Shown piece by piece: positions 38,524-50,455 of a stretch of DNA of 64,000 nt (positions are counted from its first letter, which is position 1; every line of letters starts with the position of its first letter). Origin of the DNA: Curvularia clavata. Taxonomy: Eukaryota. The translations under genes were made by a program, and so were the position numbers. Below the pieces are notes generated by a model. That model had not been told where the DNA came from, searched no databases, and worked only from the letters and a program-made list of their open reading frames with translations. The stretch spans positions 4,712,001 to 4,776,000 of the forward strand of contig CP089274.1 in NCBI GenBank assembly GCA_023920165.1. The letters are read 5' to 3'.

Positions 38524-39959
38524 TTGATCTTATTTTCTACTGTTCATGAGCATGGGCGGCGTTAATGAATGGACGCTAGACATACGAGTCCTTTTCTGCC
38601 AATGATTCAATAAACCCAAGACATCTTACACCTTGTTTGCACTCATCTTGCACAAATGATTTTCCATGGTGAAGTTGCAAATAGTTAATCTGGATGATTG
38701 CCGCTATCTCTTGCGCCATCCAAAGCATACACCACACGTTATCACATGCACATCACCGCGGCCCGAACCCGCACGCCATCTGTCCATCACTCGCACGCAC
38801 AAAGCCAAATCTCTTCTAGCAACGATATCCCCTGCGGCTGTCTCTCCCTACGCACAGACGCTCCCGCCAACGGCGCTACATGTCGCACCTATTCTGCGCA
38901 CGAGCACACTTCACCACCTGTCACTTTTACTCAGGAGTATATTTATACCTACACCGATGGCTGTTTCAGAGCGACGGTAGTCCGCTGTCTATCTTACCTT
39001 TGTGCAGGGAAGCGGCATGTTGGGAGAGAGTTTGAACGAAAAGTACTCTGTAGACCGCGGCAAGGACAAGGGAATGAAAAGGGAGGTTGGGCGGTAAAAC
39101 ACCTACATGACGTGTGTCAACACATGGATGTATAAGCGGACGCCTGTGTAGTGCAGACATGTGGCGTGAGTTTTCCTGTGGTCCCTCGTATATCACCACT
39201 CTTTTGTGTGTCTCTGTTCCGCGGACTCCTCAGCGACCAAGAGGGACTCCGTAGGTATGCGGACTAAGAGAGTGTGTGAGGCGAATAGAATAGAACGGAG
39301 GAAAGGATAAAGGTGGTCCGAGGTCTCGTATACTTTACCCCACTAGGACTTACATCAGTGGCAAGATTACATGGTATGTGGGTAAGGTAATGTAAATCAG
39401 GGTAAGAAAGACGGCCAGTAGGTAGGTAGGGTAGGCTGGTTAGAGAACGGCGAAAGGGTTTTTTGATGACGATGACGACTTGGCGCGTCCCGCGGCCGTT
39501 TTGACCCTGAAAAGGACCCTTTTTATTGCTTGTCTCTTCGTTAGCTTACGTGTCTGTGTGTACATGTGTATATACATACAGTAAATTTGGGTGGGTGAGT
39601 GCCGGCTGTATCAGATATAACAAGGAACAAGGGAGAAGCAGTAATAATAGTGTATACTATGTATACGCGTAACCATGCATTTGACTGTATATACATACAC
39701 ACTCGCCATGTACACACGCATGTCCTAGAAAGCCAAAAAAGCATGGATAACGGGGAGGCGCGACGGGATAACGGCAATGAGCGCATGGTTGGTCCCTGAG
39801 GAAGAGACGGTACATGGTCCGTTCACCAGACACACAACGCAAAGACATGTCAGCTTGGCCAGGGCATCATTGACTCAGGGCTGAGTTTGCGAAGGTGACA
39901 GCGCACAAAAACAAGGGTCGTTCGGGAGAGCAGGGTTTAGGTATTTTAGAGTGTGTTAT

Positions 39960-39981
39960 GTATATATAGATATATATATAT
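39960..39981. repeat. Interrupted (TA)n microsatellite
   Basis: tatatatagatatatatata. Confidence 0.8.
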
Positions 39982-40423
39982 GAGTCGAGGTTGGCTAACT
40001 AAACTATTTCTGAAGCTGACGAGACATAGGAGACTATGAGATTTGTAGGCAAAGGAAAGGAGAGAGAGGCAGGAGCAGCGATCTGATGGGCCAGCCCGGA
40101 AAGGAAATCTACTTCTATAGCAAAATGAAGAACAAGAAACCCATGTGGTATCAAACGCCTTTTCCAATGACCCAGGACCAGCGATGCAGAAGCGTACAAG
40201 GACAGTGGTGGTTGGCCAGTGACTGGGATAGAAGCCATCCTGGGCTGTGATATCGACAATATTATGTCCGTCAGTATGACCGTATTACAATAGGGTAGGC
40301 GCCAGTAGCTGGCAAAAGAAAAGACACAAGAAAACAAAGATATGCAGAGACAGAAAAAGCAAACGATCAAGCATGCGTTGCATTTTTTGCAGGACCAAGG
40401 AGAGACAGAAAGAGACAATGAAA

Positions 40424-40449
40424 TAGAGAGAGAGAGAGAGAGAGAGAGA
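40424..40449. repeat. (AG)n microsatellite
   Basis: About 13 consecutive AG units. Confidence 0.9.
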
Positions 40450-41303
40450 GGTGGTAGAGGGAAGAAGGCAGTTGATCGCTCAAGTTATTCTTTACAACTC
40501 CACACCGCCACAACCATGTATGCCCAAATGTTATCCCAAAAGATCACTTTCTTTCCTTTCCCCTCTTCCTACCCATTTAGCCAACCAGGATATATAGTTA
40601 GAAGGTGATGGTATAGGTGATATGAGGTAATCGCCAATACGCAAATTGGGGTATCCGCCAACGAAGTGAAGCACAGTGAAAAAGGAAAAAAAAGGACTCG
40701 GTCTAGTAAGATATGATGAGAAAGATGACGCGCTGCGCCGCTGCCTATTTGAACAAGGCGCGGGCATGCGCCGAAAAAAAAACGATTTTGAAACCGAAAC
40801 TCAAGGCTCAACCCGGCAAAGTTTGTCTTGCGTGGGGAGTCCATGATGTGCTGTGTGCAAAGTCTCAACAATTTCCTCCAAAATAACACGACGATTGGGT
40901 AGTGCCCACCAGAGAATATGAAGTGAGATGCCGCCCGAGAAGATGATTGAGTAAAAGGAAATATGTACTGTTGTTACAGAACGAATGTGGTGTGGTATGG
41001 AAAGGATATTTCCAGTTGTGAAAGGGCAAATGATGGTGGTGGCGCAAAGGACGAGGATGTGTGTTACGACGCCTATAACACCGTCCCGGAGGATGCGCTG
41101 GCTTTTGAGGGCTTTGTAGCGCATCGCGTCTGTGTCTATCTTTGTGTAATCGTGCACCGTTCCAGACGGGAGAGCTCAAGGTCGTAGGGTCGTATAGGAA
41201 GCGACAAGGAGCGGGTACGGTGACCCAAATTACAATTATACGGATGAAGGAACATGCAGCGAAGGCAAGGCGAAAGGAAGTACGGGTCCCGTACAGTTGG
41301 ATA

Positions 41304-43651
41304 TCATCGGTGTCGGGTTTGGGCAGCCATGAGGCTGGCAGCGACACTCGAGGCCCAGTCCAGATCACCGTCGGATGGTGGCGTTGGCCACTTGGATACG
41401 GGGTTGGTGTCCTTTGCGGGGTTCTTGGAGATGTCCATGGGCTTGCTCGGTGTTGCGTACGCTGACTGCCCAAAGCCGACGCTGTTGCGGTTCGACGACG
41501 GTGAGGGTGTCAGGTAAGATGCGGCAGCGTCCAGCTTCTTGGTAGCTTTGTGGGTCGATGCGAGTACCTCACTGAGGAGCTCCTCTTCTTCGTTTGGTGT
41601 CTCGTATCGATTTGAGGGGTTAGACTTGTTTTGGAGTGCTCGGCGAGTTCTGCTCGATACTGGGGCACCACTGCCATTTGCCTCACCGTTTCGTGGCTCA
41701 GGTCCATGTGGAACCGAATGATGTCGCTTAAGCATAGGGTTCGACGCAATACGTGGGCTCTTTGTGGACGCTGACTGTTGCGAGTGAGCTTCTACACTAT
41801 CCCTCACATGTTGCAACGCCTTGTCCAGTTCGGAAAAGTCTGATGTCGAGGCCGAGGGGGCGGAAGTGTGTGACTGATCCATAATCAGAGATTGCCTAGC
41901 GCTGCTGCCACCGGCCCAAGGTGCGCATCCAGCGTTGGCCTCAATATCATCTGAGTTGGGCGACATGGGGGTTTGGTATCGGCCGGACAGGCGTCGAGCG
42001 CGCTTCCTGAGGTGTGAAAAGAAACCTTCTTTTTGTCCGCTGACTGGGGAAGCAACGTCTGACTGGCCATTCAGAGCACGCTCGGCCTCTTGGCGGTGCA
42101 TGTCTGTATAGTGATTGCCATGTGAGGCAACTGACAGCTGGCGGCCAATCTTCTTTGCAGCCTGCTCTTCGTTGTTGGCACGAACGGCAGCTTGTGCAGT
42201 CACCTCAGCAGATAGCGGTGAGATTGGCTTGATGGAAGGCAGAATGGGGATAGGCGCGCCATTGTTGGAAGCCCCGTTTGTCCACGTAGCTCGCTTAGCA
42301 GCATTGGGACGTTGCTTAGTCGACCCACCCGCATCACCAGAATTGACTTGTGCAGGTGATTGGGGCTTTGAGGTGCTGTGCTGTGACACTGCTGGGGCGC
42401 TTTCGCGAGCGACCAAGGATCGGCGGAGCCATGAGGAGGTCTTTGATGTGAGCTTGGGGGAGGCGTCAGGAGAATCCTTTCCAGAGAGCTCAGAGCCCTT
42501 GCGGCCCAACAGGCGCGAAGACGATGACTTGAGTCGAAGCGGGTCAACGGCGTCCTGGAAGTACTCGTGTTCGAGCGCTTGCCGCGAGGTAGGCCTAGCA
42601 CGGGGATCCCAAAGCAGGCACCATGTGACAAACTGGGCCAAGCTGGCAGGCCATTGTGGTGATGGGAGGATGGTATCCAACGAATGTGGTGCCATCTTGG
42701 GGAAAGAGAAGCCCAACTTCTGTGCGAGCTTGACACCGTCTTTCCACTCACCGCCACCAACTCGTTGACCGTTCTTGTTGACCCAGCCTCCAGGGCTGCC
42801 CATGATTTCGCATACCCGCCATACTTGGTCGACCTCGTTTCCGCCAGGGAACAGGGGCTTTAGGGTGGCAATCTCAACAGCCATGGCACCGACGGCCCAA
42901 ATGTCGACGGGTGCGGAGTAGTGGCCGGCCCGCAGCAGGACCTCAGGGGCGCGATACCAGCGGGTCGAAACGTAAGTTGTGTAAGGAAGCTTTGAGTGGG
43001 TTTCCCTGGCAAGTCCAAAGTCGGCAATCTTAATTGTGTAGACTGGTGGGGTCGATGGGGGTGTCATCATAGATGAGTAGCGACGGAAAGGATGCGATGT
43101 GTCGTTCTGTTGCGATGTGGAGACGAGGATGTTCTCGGGCTTGATGTCACGGTGGAAGAACTCGCGATCGTGAATGTGCTCCAGTCCGGACAATATCTGG
43201 AAGAGGATGCTCTTTACACTGTGCGCGTCCATTGGCTTGTGCTCACGGGCCTTCATGAGCTGGTACAGATTGCCATCCATGAACTCCATGGCAATGTGAA
43301 GCCTACGGGTGTAGGGGTCCAGAAAGATGTCGAGTGCCGGAACCAGGTGAGGGTGTGGGGGTAGCGACCGCAGGAAGATGACTTCTCGCAGCTCCAGACA
43401 GCTCGAGAATGAGTCGAATGTCTTCTTCATGGTCTTGATTGCTACCTGCAGAAGGCGTCAGTTTGGTTTCGACGTCACTGTCGTCAGTTTGTACTCACTA
43501 GGGTTCCACGGCGGGCAATGTGAGATCCAGCGGTACGGACGCGGGCGAGTGCGACGCTACCGAAGCTGCCGTCGCCAATCTCCTTCATCACCTCATACCT
43601 CTCCTCGAGGGATGCCCAGCCATGGGGCTGGACTTGTGATTCTGGGTGCAT
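41304..43651 (-). CDS. IME2: Ime2/MAK-class Ser/Thr protein kinase (ImeB/Crk1-like)
   Basis: IGDGSFGSV, VAIK, HRDIKPEN, DFGLARE and activation loop PYTTYVSTRWYRAPE (TTY); intron 43446-43498. Confidence 0.9.
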
Positions 43652-46600
43652 GGTGATGTGATGTGCAGGATCTGTTCTAGCCGAATGCTCCTGGTAAGAA
43701 GGGACTGCAGACAGGTTAGAAAGGGGAACAATAGCAGCAGGCGTGGGGGAGACTTGCCTGTAGACAAGTCCTTTTTGGGGAGTGGTGATGGTGGACGACG
43801 GGATCGGTTTAGTTCATGTCATTCGAGGAATCGAGTTACAGATAGGAGTCGGTAGTATAGAGGACGTGGAGGCGGTGATGTGTCGAGGAGTTGAGGGGGA
43901 GGGGGAGTTCAATGCGTATCTTGGGTGGTGAGATGCGATAGGAGGGTGGTGTGGTAAGGGTCCAGGTTGATGCAGGTGCGGGAATGTCGAGAAAATGAGA
44001 GACGACGGTTGGGAGGACGTGTGTGGAGACGTGCCCGGGACCACGGTAGACGGGTAGTATTCCGTAGCTCAGGAAGTTCTAGTGAAGATGAAAGAGGAAT
44101 GACTCTGTGACCATAGCGCGGATGGCTTAATGATCGGGCTGGGAGATTGAGAGGGTGCCTGTGCGTTCGGGGGAGTAGGGATGTGGATTACGGAATCTAG
44201 AGTGAAAGGGTGACAGAGTTGGCTCGACGCAGGTGATTTGGCGCGTGTGGAGGGGGGGAAAGACACGACGGCCTAACGGGAGCGAGATGTGACGCAGCAA
44301 GACGACGACGCGCCAGTTTGCACGCGAGGATGTGATTGATGGGCGGCGTGTATAATGAGAGACAGCAAGGGGTGCGGCAAATGGGCCTTAGCACAAGTCG
44401 CAAGGCTAGACCCAAGAGATTAGAGTGGAAGCGGCGCCTTGCGAGTCGTCTGAGTCGTAACAATGAAGATCGCGCCGCCCAGACGGGGCAAGTGCGGTCA
44501 ACTGGGCCAGGAGCCGGTCTGTTGCCGTGGTGAGGGCGGTCTCTGCTGTGTGCGTTGGCAGCAGAGCGGCAGCTGGCGGAGAGACGCGACGGGGTGGGCT
44601 TAGCAGACGCGCGAGACAGGATACAGCGCGAGACAGGGCGGGGGTGCGGTGGACGAGGACAACAGAGCGAGGGCGGTCAGGACGAGAGGCATGACGGCGC
44701 CGGGCAGGGCAGGGCAGTTTGGTTTTTGAGGAGATGAGAGTGCTGGACGGTGTGGCGCTGGGTTTGGGGGGGGGATGCGAGTGAATGGCCCGAGATGAAG
44801 GCGCTGGGGGGCTGACTGTTCGACGGGATCGGGGCGAGTGGTGAAGGGACGGCGTGCAGGCTGTTCCAAGCTTAGCTGCAAGGAGCGTTGGGCATACGCA
44901 AGCGGCATAGGCCGCGAAATGCAGTTTATTTTCCCCCTTTCATTGGGCCCATGCACGTCCTTTTTCCCTTCGCCCCGAAAGCCTCCCTGGCTGTGGCCGT
45001 ACACAGGCAGCGTGCATGCCCAGTACAAAGTAATAATAATAATGCTGTGCAGTCCTTGTGCATGCCACGCCCAATCGGGTAGCCGCCTTCACGTGACCCT
45101 GGACCCGGCGCGCACAACACCGCACAGCACAGGACAGCACAGCAATGCACTCACTGCACACCACAGGCGCCGTCCGCTGACCCCGCCCCGTCTTCACCGC
45201 AAGCCCACCCTTTCTTCTCCCACGACCGCTCTTCTCGTCATCCCCACTACTGCCGCCGCCGCCATCATCATCGTTGTCGCCATCGCCATTACCATCACCA
45301 TCTCCTCCATTGCCACGACGCGCCAGGAACGTCACAGGCCCAAGCAAGCATCAGGCTGTCATTTCCACGGCGGCCCACGTTTCGTACCCTTCCCTCGTCG
45401 CGCCGCCGGCGCCCGGTTCCTGATTTGTGGCAGGTTCCTGGCTGGCTCTCATGCAGCCTTACTCAATTGGCCCCATGCCGCCTAGCTGCCCCCGCCCAAG
45501 CATCCGTCAACGTGGTTTGGTTGTCGAGGCGTGCCTCTAGCCTTCCCGCGGAAACCGGAACAGCCACCGTCTCTGTCGCCGGCCAACCCATCCCCTGCTC
45601 AAAGCCAAGGGGTAGGGGAGTAAAAGGACCGTTCATGATGCGCTGATGATGTGCTCTTCCCACCACCATGGCCTGCGAACTGGACCAAATCTCCTCTTCA
45701 AGCACCCGCACGCCTGCCCATCATGACGCACTCGCACTCTCCCTCTGAGACACCGGCAACCGCCTTGGTTCAGGGGCTGCGAGCCCGTGTTACACAAGTA
45801 CTCTCTGCATACCCACCATCCTCGCGCCACGGCTGCGAGCCACGCCGCTCTCGACAGATGCAGGGCACCGCACGCGGGGTTGGTCTGCCCGACGCGTTCG
45901 TCTAGCTTTGCCCTCTCGCCCTCTGATCGACCAAACGGCAGCGCAGGCCCCAAAAGCAAAACTCTATTTTTCCCGCCATCACTCGCGGCACACTTGCTTG
46001 CCCTGGGTCGATGCTACATTGACCCATTTCGTGTGCGCGACAGAGTTTGCGCCTGTTGACCTAAGTTTGGCCGATATGTTCATGTTCGCGTGCGGACGCG
46101 CTTCCTCCCGGGCGCGCGACCGCGCGCACAATGTCGCCGTTCCCCCTCTGCAAACAGAAAAAATATGTCCCTGTGCGCCCTGTCATTCACCAGACCCTGA
46201 ACGTCAACCCACCTACCAATGTCAAACTGCGCCTTGCTGGGCAACATGTTGGCGGTAACCGTTATCAGCATTTGCTCCAGGGCACCCCATTCTTCCAGAA
46301 CGCTTCTCCCGTGCTTTGCTCGTGTTGCAGCCTACTCGAATAGATTGCTGGCCCACCCCGAATCCTGCCTCATGTCCACAGAATCTCCGAGCCCTGCCTC
46401 TCCTTTGTCGGGCACGAAGCTTGTGAAAACTAGCCTCAACCTCGCCAGACGTGAACGAGCCTCGCGCTGACTAGCATGCTTTATCGATCGTCGATGGGCT
46501 CCCAGGGCAACCACCTGTTTGACCATGATCTTTTGCTAACCTTGGGTCCTGAGCGTGCGTTCGGCTCAATTTGCATGCTCGACTGACATCCAACCAATAG

Positions 46601-49406
46601 CTCGTCCATCACGACAGCCTAAACTTCTCCTTGGTGCCATAGTCTTTCCAGCCATCTTCCGTGCCAGATGGAGTAGGCATTACCGCCATTTCCATGAATA
46701 CATATGTCCAAACGCAACCTCCTCAATTCGCTTGATGCCTTGCACAGTCCTGCATAATCTTGATCACACGCGATCAGCTGCAACCACAGCCGAGGCGTCG
46801 AGGAACCACGCGACACGGCACAATCAAACGACGAGCCTACCGCAAGCCAGCGCGCAGTTGCACGCGTTACTCGTGAGCCCAAGATAGTCCTCGTGTCTCT
46901 TCGTAAAACCGGTTGCCGCTGTGCGCCCACATTCGAGGCGGTTGCCCTCTTGGCTGCTCACACGTTTTGAGACACCAAGCTCGACAGTGGAAGAGCATCC
47001 CAGGAGAAAAACGTCATTGGGCGCTTGACATCCTTTTGCTTTACTCGGGATGCAGCTGCTCCGCGCGCAAAAAGCATAAACAATAACTGGACCAGCAGCG
47101 AGACAGTGACGTTCAGGCGTAAAAGCAAATCCAATTTCGCGGGCAGTGGAGTCTCGAGCCACCCGTTTGTTGCGCGCTGATAAACCCACCCAATCATCAC
47201 CTTGCACAACGTGACGCAGCTGAATGCAGAACGACGTAGGTGTAGATACCTCCCAATGCGACGTCGCGCAACCTCGTGTTGTCTTTGCAGACGCCTTCCC
47301 TATCTTGTTCCGCAGCTTCACAGCCACACAAGACCAATCAGCGCGTTTTATTGAAACACGCCATCAAATTGCATGTTATGCTCGTCGCAATGTGCTGGTT
47401 GCTATTGATCACCGTCTCCCCACAAATAGCTTTTCCAATCCGACTTTGTTCTCGGCAGACTTGGTCCAACGTCAGCATACCGTTTACTCGCACAGGGTCC
47501 GGCCCGAAACATTTAGCCATAATACTGCCGGGCGAGAATTATTGGCTACATACGGCCATGTTTCTCGGCTTGCTCCGCGATATTTGGGGTTACGTGAGCG
47601 ACTCGATTCTCGATCACCGCCGACTTATGCCAATCGACAGGCCCGTCTACAATACCGAGGCAGTCGCCGCATATCCGGCCGAGTGGTGTCTATGCCAGTG
47701 CTGAAGAACAGAGTTATCGATAGCTTCTGTGACTATACACACATCCACGAGCATACTCGGCTCAGCATAATTCAACTATAGAAAAAACCATGAATATACG
47801 AAACCTCATAGGTCAACGAGCCTCTCATGCGCTCGTTCAACACGCCTCATTCGTCCCAACAGCCCTCTCATTCGGAGGTATACCGCAGGAAAGGATGTCG
47901 TGGCTTGACAACATGCATGTGCGTCTGAGATGCAATATGCATTGAAAAACACTTCACACACATATCACCCCCACATTCAGACTGCAGCATGCAAACCACG
48001 TCATCCCACACCAATACTTCTCAGCTGCATCCAGTTTCTCGCTTGCTTGCTTGTTTGTTTGTTTTGATGCTTTTTGTCGTTTGTCTTGTAAACAAAGCAA
48101 GACAAGACAAAAGAACGCATCAGGTGCCCATTCCATTGATTCGTTCGCCAATTATTTCCGTGGCGCCCGCTAGAAAAAAACGTATTCAGCCGGTTGAAAA
48201 AAGTATGAAAACAAATGTGGTAGAATAAGAAAACTGCAGCACTTCCCTGAAGAAAGAAGGAAGAATGAAGACTCCAAAAGAAATTTCACTTTTGAAGAGA
48301 AAGATTGAAAAAAGAAATATCATAAAGATGATCTCGATACCTACCCGCAGAACACGATGCAAAATCCCCGCGTTCCAGATACATACCCGCACTCTTCCCG
48401 TTACATCGTGCACTCGCTGGCTCGCTCATCAGCCAGCCACCACAGACACATGGTAAAACGGGTCGTTTGGACCCCCCTACACCCTTCTCTCACCTTGATC
48501 TACACCAAGCACTAAGCACCATGAACGAAATGCATGACCAGCTTCATCCATTGCACTCTCTTGTCCTCTCCATCGCACTCTCCAAATCATACCCCCCATA
48601 ACCAAACACGATCCGGCCAATCAGGCCATACCCCGTTCGACCACCCTCCCCAGCCACATCTGTAAAAAGTACTCTAGAAGAAAAGAAGCCAAAAAAAAAC
48701 ATCTGCTCACGTCTCCCGCCTGGTCGTTGCTCATCTGCAGCAATAATCATGCAACTAACCAACCGGTCGACGACCGGCCAGGCGGTCGGCCGATTACCTG
48801 GCCTAGTATGTACTTGCTTGCTGCCGCGCTGTCAATGCCGCAGGTACCGGGTGTGAACTACTAGACATTTTTGCTCAAAGATGGGCGGGCGACGGAACCA
48901 ACCCTGACCGCCTTTTCATGCACGCAATGCATCCACACTTCTCCACCCCACACACATACACGAGTCCAGAAGCTCCGGTGGCCCAGCCCTCGAGAATTAG
49001 TCTTTCGTCTATGTACATATGCAAGTTCCACGATGTTGCCAACTGCCGCTACAGGGAACGCTGGCTCACGGCCGTACAAGCCGGTCCGCTTGTCAGCCTT
49101 TGTTGAGGCTTATGGGTTACGGTGGCAGGTACGGTGAGAAGAGCGGTCACCTAGAGCCATCCTCAAACCGAGAAGAAGCGATTCATGCTTTGATCACGAC
49201 ATCACCACATTAACGCCGCAAGCTTCAACCATAAACAAAAACAGTAAAGCAAAATGATCATGACAAAGTATATCGATTGACGCTATGTACACTATTGACA
49301 TTGCAGATCCGCTCCCAGCCAAAAGCCTAACTAAATCGACGACTGCAAATGGTTAGCAAACCAGCCTAGCAAAAGAGCATGTACATGAGAGTAGATGGCG
49401 TGGTGC

Positions 49407-49485
49407 GAATTCAGGTCTCCAAGGTGATTGTATCTTCAATGTGATTAAGAAAGAACACAGCGAATCATGTTTTTCATCATATGAA
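49407..49485 (-). ncRNA. Box C/D snoRNA, U55-like (LSU GUCUCmCAAGG)
   Basis: C box ATGATGA, D box CTGA; 13-nt antisense TCACCTTGGAGAC to LSU GUCUCCAAGGUGA. Confidence 0.82.
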
Positions 49486-49626
49486 GGGGGATTGGGGATA
49501 GGCAAAGAGCAGCACTTACCAGAAATGCAGAATGCCAAACTGCGAAAAGCGAAAGGTAAGACTGGAATAAATGCGTCAGTGGATGTCCATGAAACACATC
49601 GATTTTCAGAAAGATTGAACAGAACA

Positions 49627-49800
49627 AGTCCATCAAGTTTCAGCCTGGATCTAGTTAGCTGACAGTTGCATAGCCATCATTTGCGCAGTACATACCTCAT
49701 TAAATCAGATTTGGTTAAGTGATCAGTATGACGGACGCTCGTTACAACGCCGCCACTCACACAGTGTGAATATCAAGAATCATCATTGCAATGATGGACT
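49627..49800 (-). ncRNA. snR51: Box C/D snoRNA snR51 homologue (25S Um2729, 18S Am100), split by nested intron 49645-49695
   Basis: C box ATGATGA; D' guide TATTCACACTG-t-GTGA; D guide CTGATTTAATGAG|g-CTGA formed only after splicing; perfect 9-bp terminal stem AGTCCATCA/TGATGGACT. Confidence 0.88.
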
Positions 49801-49890
49801 GTCTTCGAGAAAAAGAAAAAATCGTACCTGTGGAGTCTGTCAGAAAAACAATCCACAAGAGTGTATCGCCAGAAATGTGTAATGTGTAAG

Positions 49891-50026
49891 GGCAATCAGT
49901 GATGCTTGTATCAACAAGTAATGCCTCTTCCAAACACCCACAGGTTTGTACGCCTGCTTGTAACGGATGCCCAGTTGAGGTATACGTTATGTCCGCCCGA
50001 CGCATCAAAGGGTTTCATCAGGATGC
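49891..50026 (-). ncRNA. snR70: Box C/D snoRNA snR70 homologue (18S Cm1639)
   Basis: C box TGATGA, D box CTGA; guide GCGTCGGGCGG pairs with SSU CCGCCCGUCGC (one mismatch), +5 from D' CATA lands on C1639; lies between snR41 and snR51 as in the yeast cluster. Confidence 0.8.
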
Positions 50027-50136
50027 TGAGGGGTGTTCGCAGAATGCAGGATTGAAGTGAGGGGTGTATGTACCTATCAGAACACAGTTAGCGTCTTGGT
50101 TGCAGAAATAACTGTGTAAGAGTATGGTAGGATTGA

Positions 50137-50232
50137 GCAGTGTCAGACAAGGCTGAAACTAAATGCAAGGGTGTCGACATTGTATGTTCAGGTCGAGGAA
50201 TGCCTTTCCGTGTCTTTTTTTCATCACGCTGC
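50137..50232 (-). ncRNA. snR41: Box C/D snoRNA, snR41-like (18S Gm1126)
   Basis: C box GTGATGA, D' and D CTGA; 13-nt antisense to SSU CAAGGCUGAAACU placing the +5 position on G1126; D' guide antisense to CGAGGAAUGCCU. Confidence 0.88.
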
Positions 50233-50373
50233 GGGCGGGGAGGGGAGTTGGAGATGCCTTACCTTTAAGAAGATTGTATCGAGTGCTGGAAAGCTAGATG
50301 CGCTGAATCATTCTACTAAGTTTTGTTAGCCTTTGCGCAAACAAAGGTTTGTGAATATGTGTATGTGCTTGGT

Positions 50374-50455
50374 TGCATCATTGTAATTCTAGAGTTTGTA
50401 AAGTCCTTCACGATGCTGTAGGATTTGGATTGTTCGTATGTGATAATCATCTGCA
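50374..50455 (-). ncRNA. Box C/D snoRNA, U45-like (SSU Am159-equivalent) with second LSU guide
   Basis: C box ATGATTA, D box ATGA, TGCA terminal stem; 12-nt antisense to SSU GUAAUUCUAGAG (50383-50394); 11-nt antisense to LSU UUGGAUUGUUC (50425-50435). Confidence 0.8.

Noticed and set aside
48761..48803. GC-rich nested palindromes (accggtcgacgaccgg; ggccagg...cctggcc)
   Set aside because: Short and isolated, with no TSD or repeat copy; could be chance
43900..49300. Many 60-215 aa ORFs upstream of IME2
   Set aside because: Overlapping on both strands, low complexity, no motifs or consistent splice structure; likely regulatory or intergenic DNA
49900..49912. Apparent snR70 D-box guide (GATACAAGCATCA) resembling a complement of the 18S 5' end AUGCUUGU
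   Set aside because: Only 8 contiguous pairs; better explained by internal stems (TGATGC/GCATCA and CTTGT/ACAAG)
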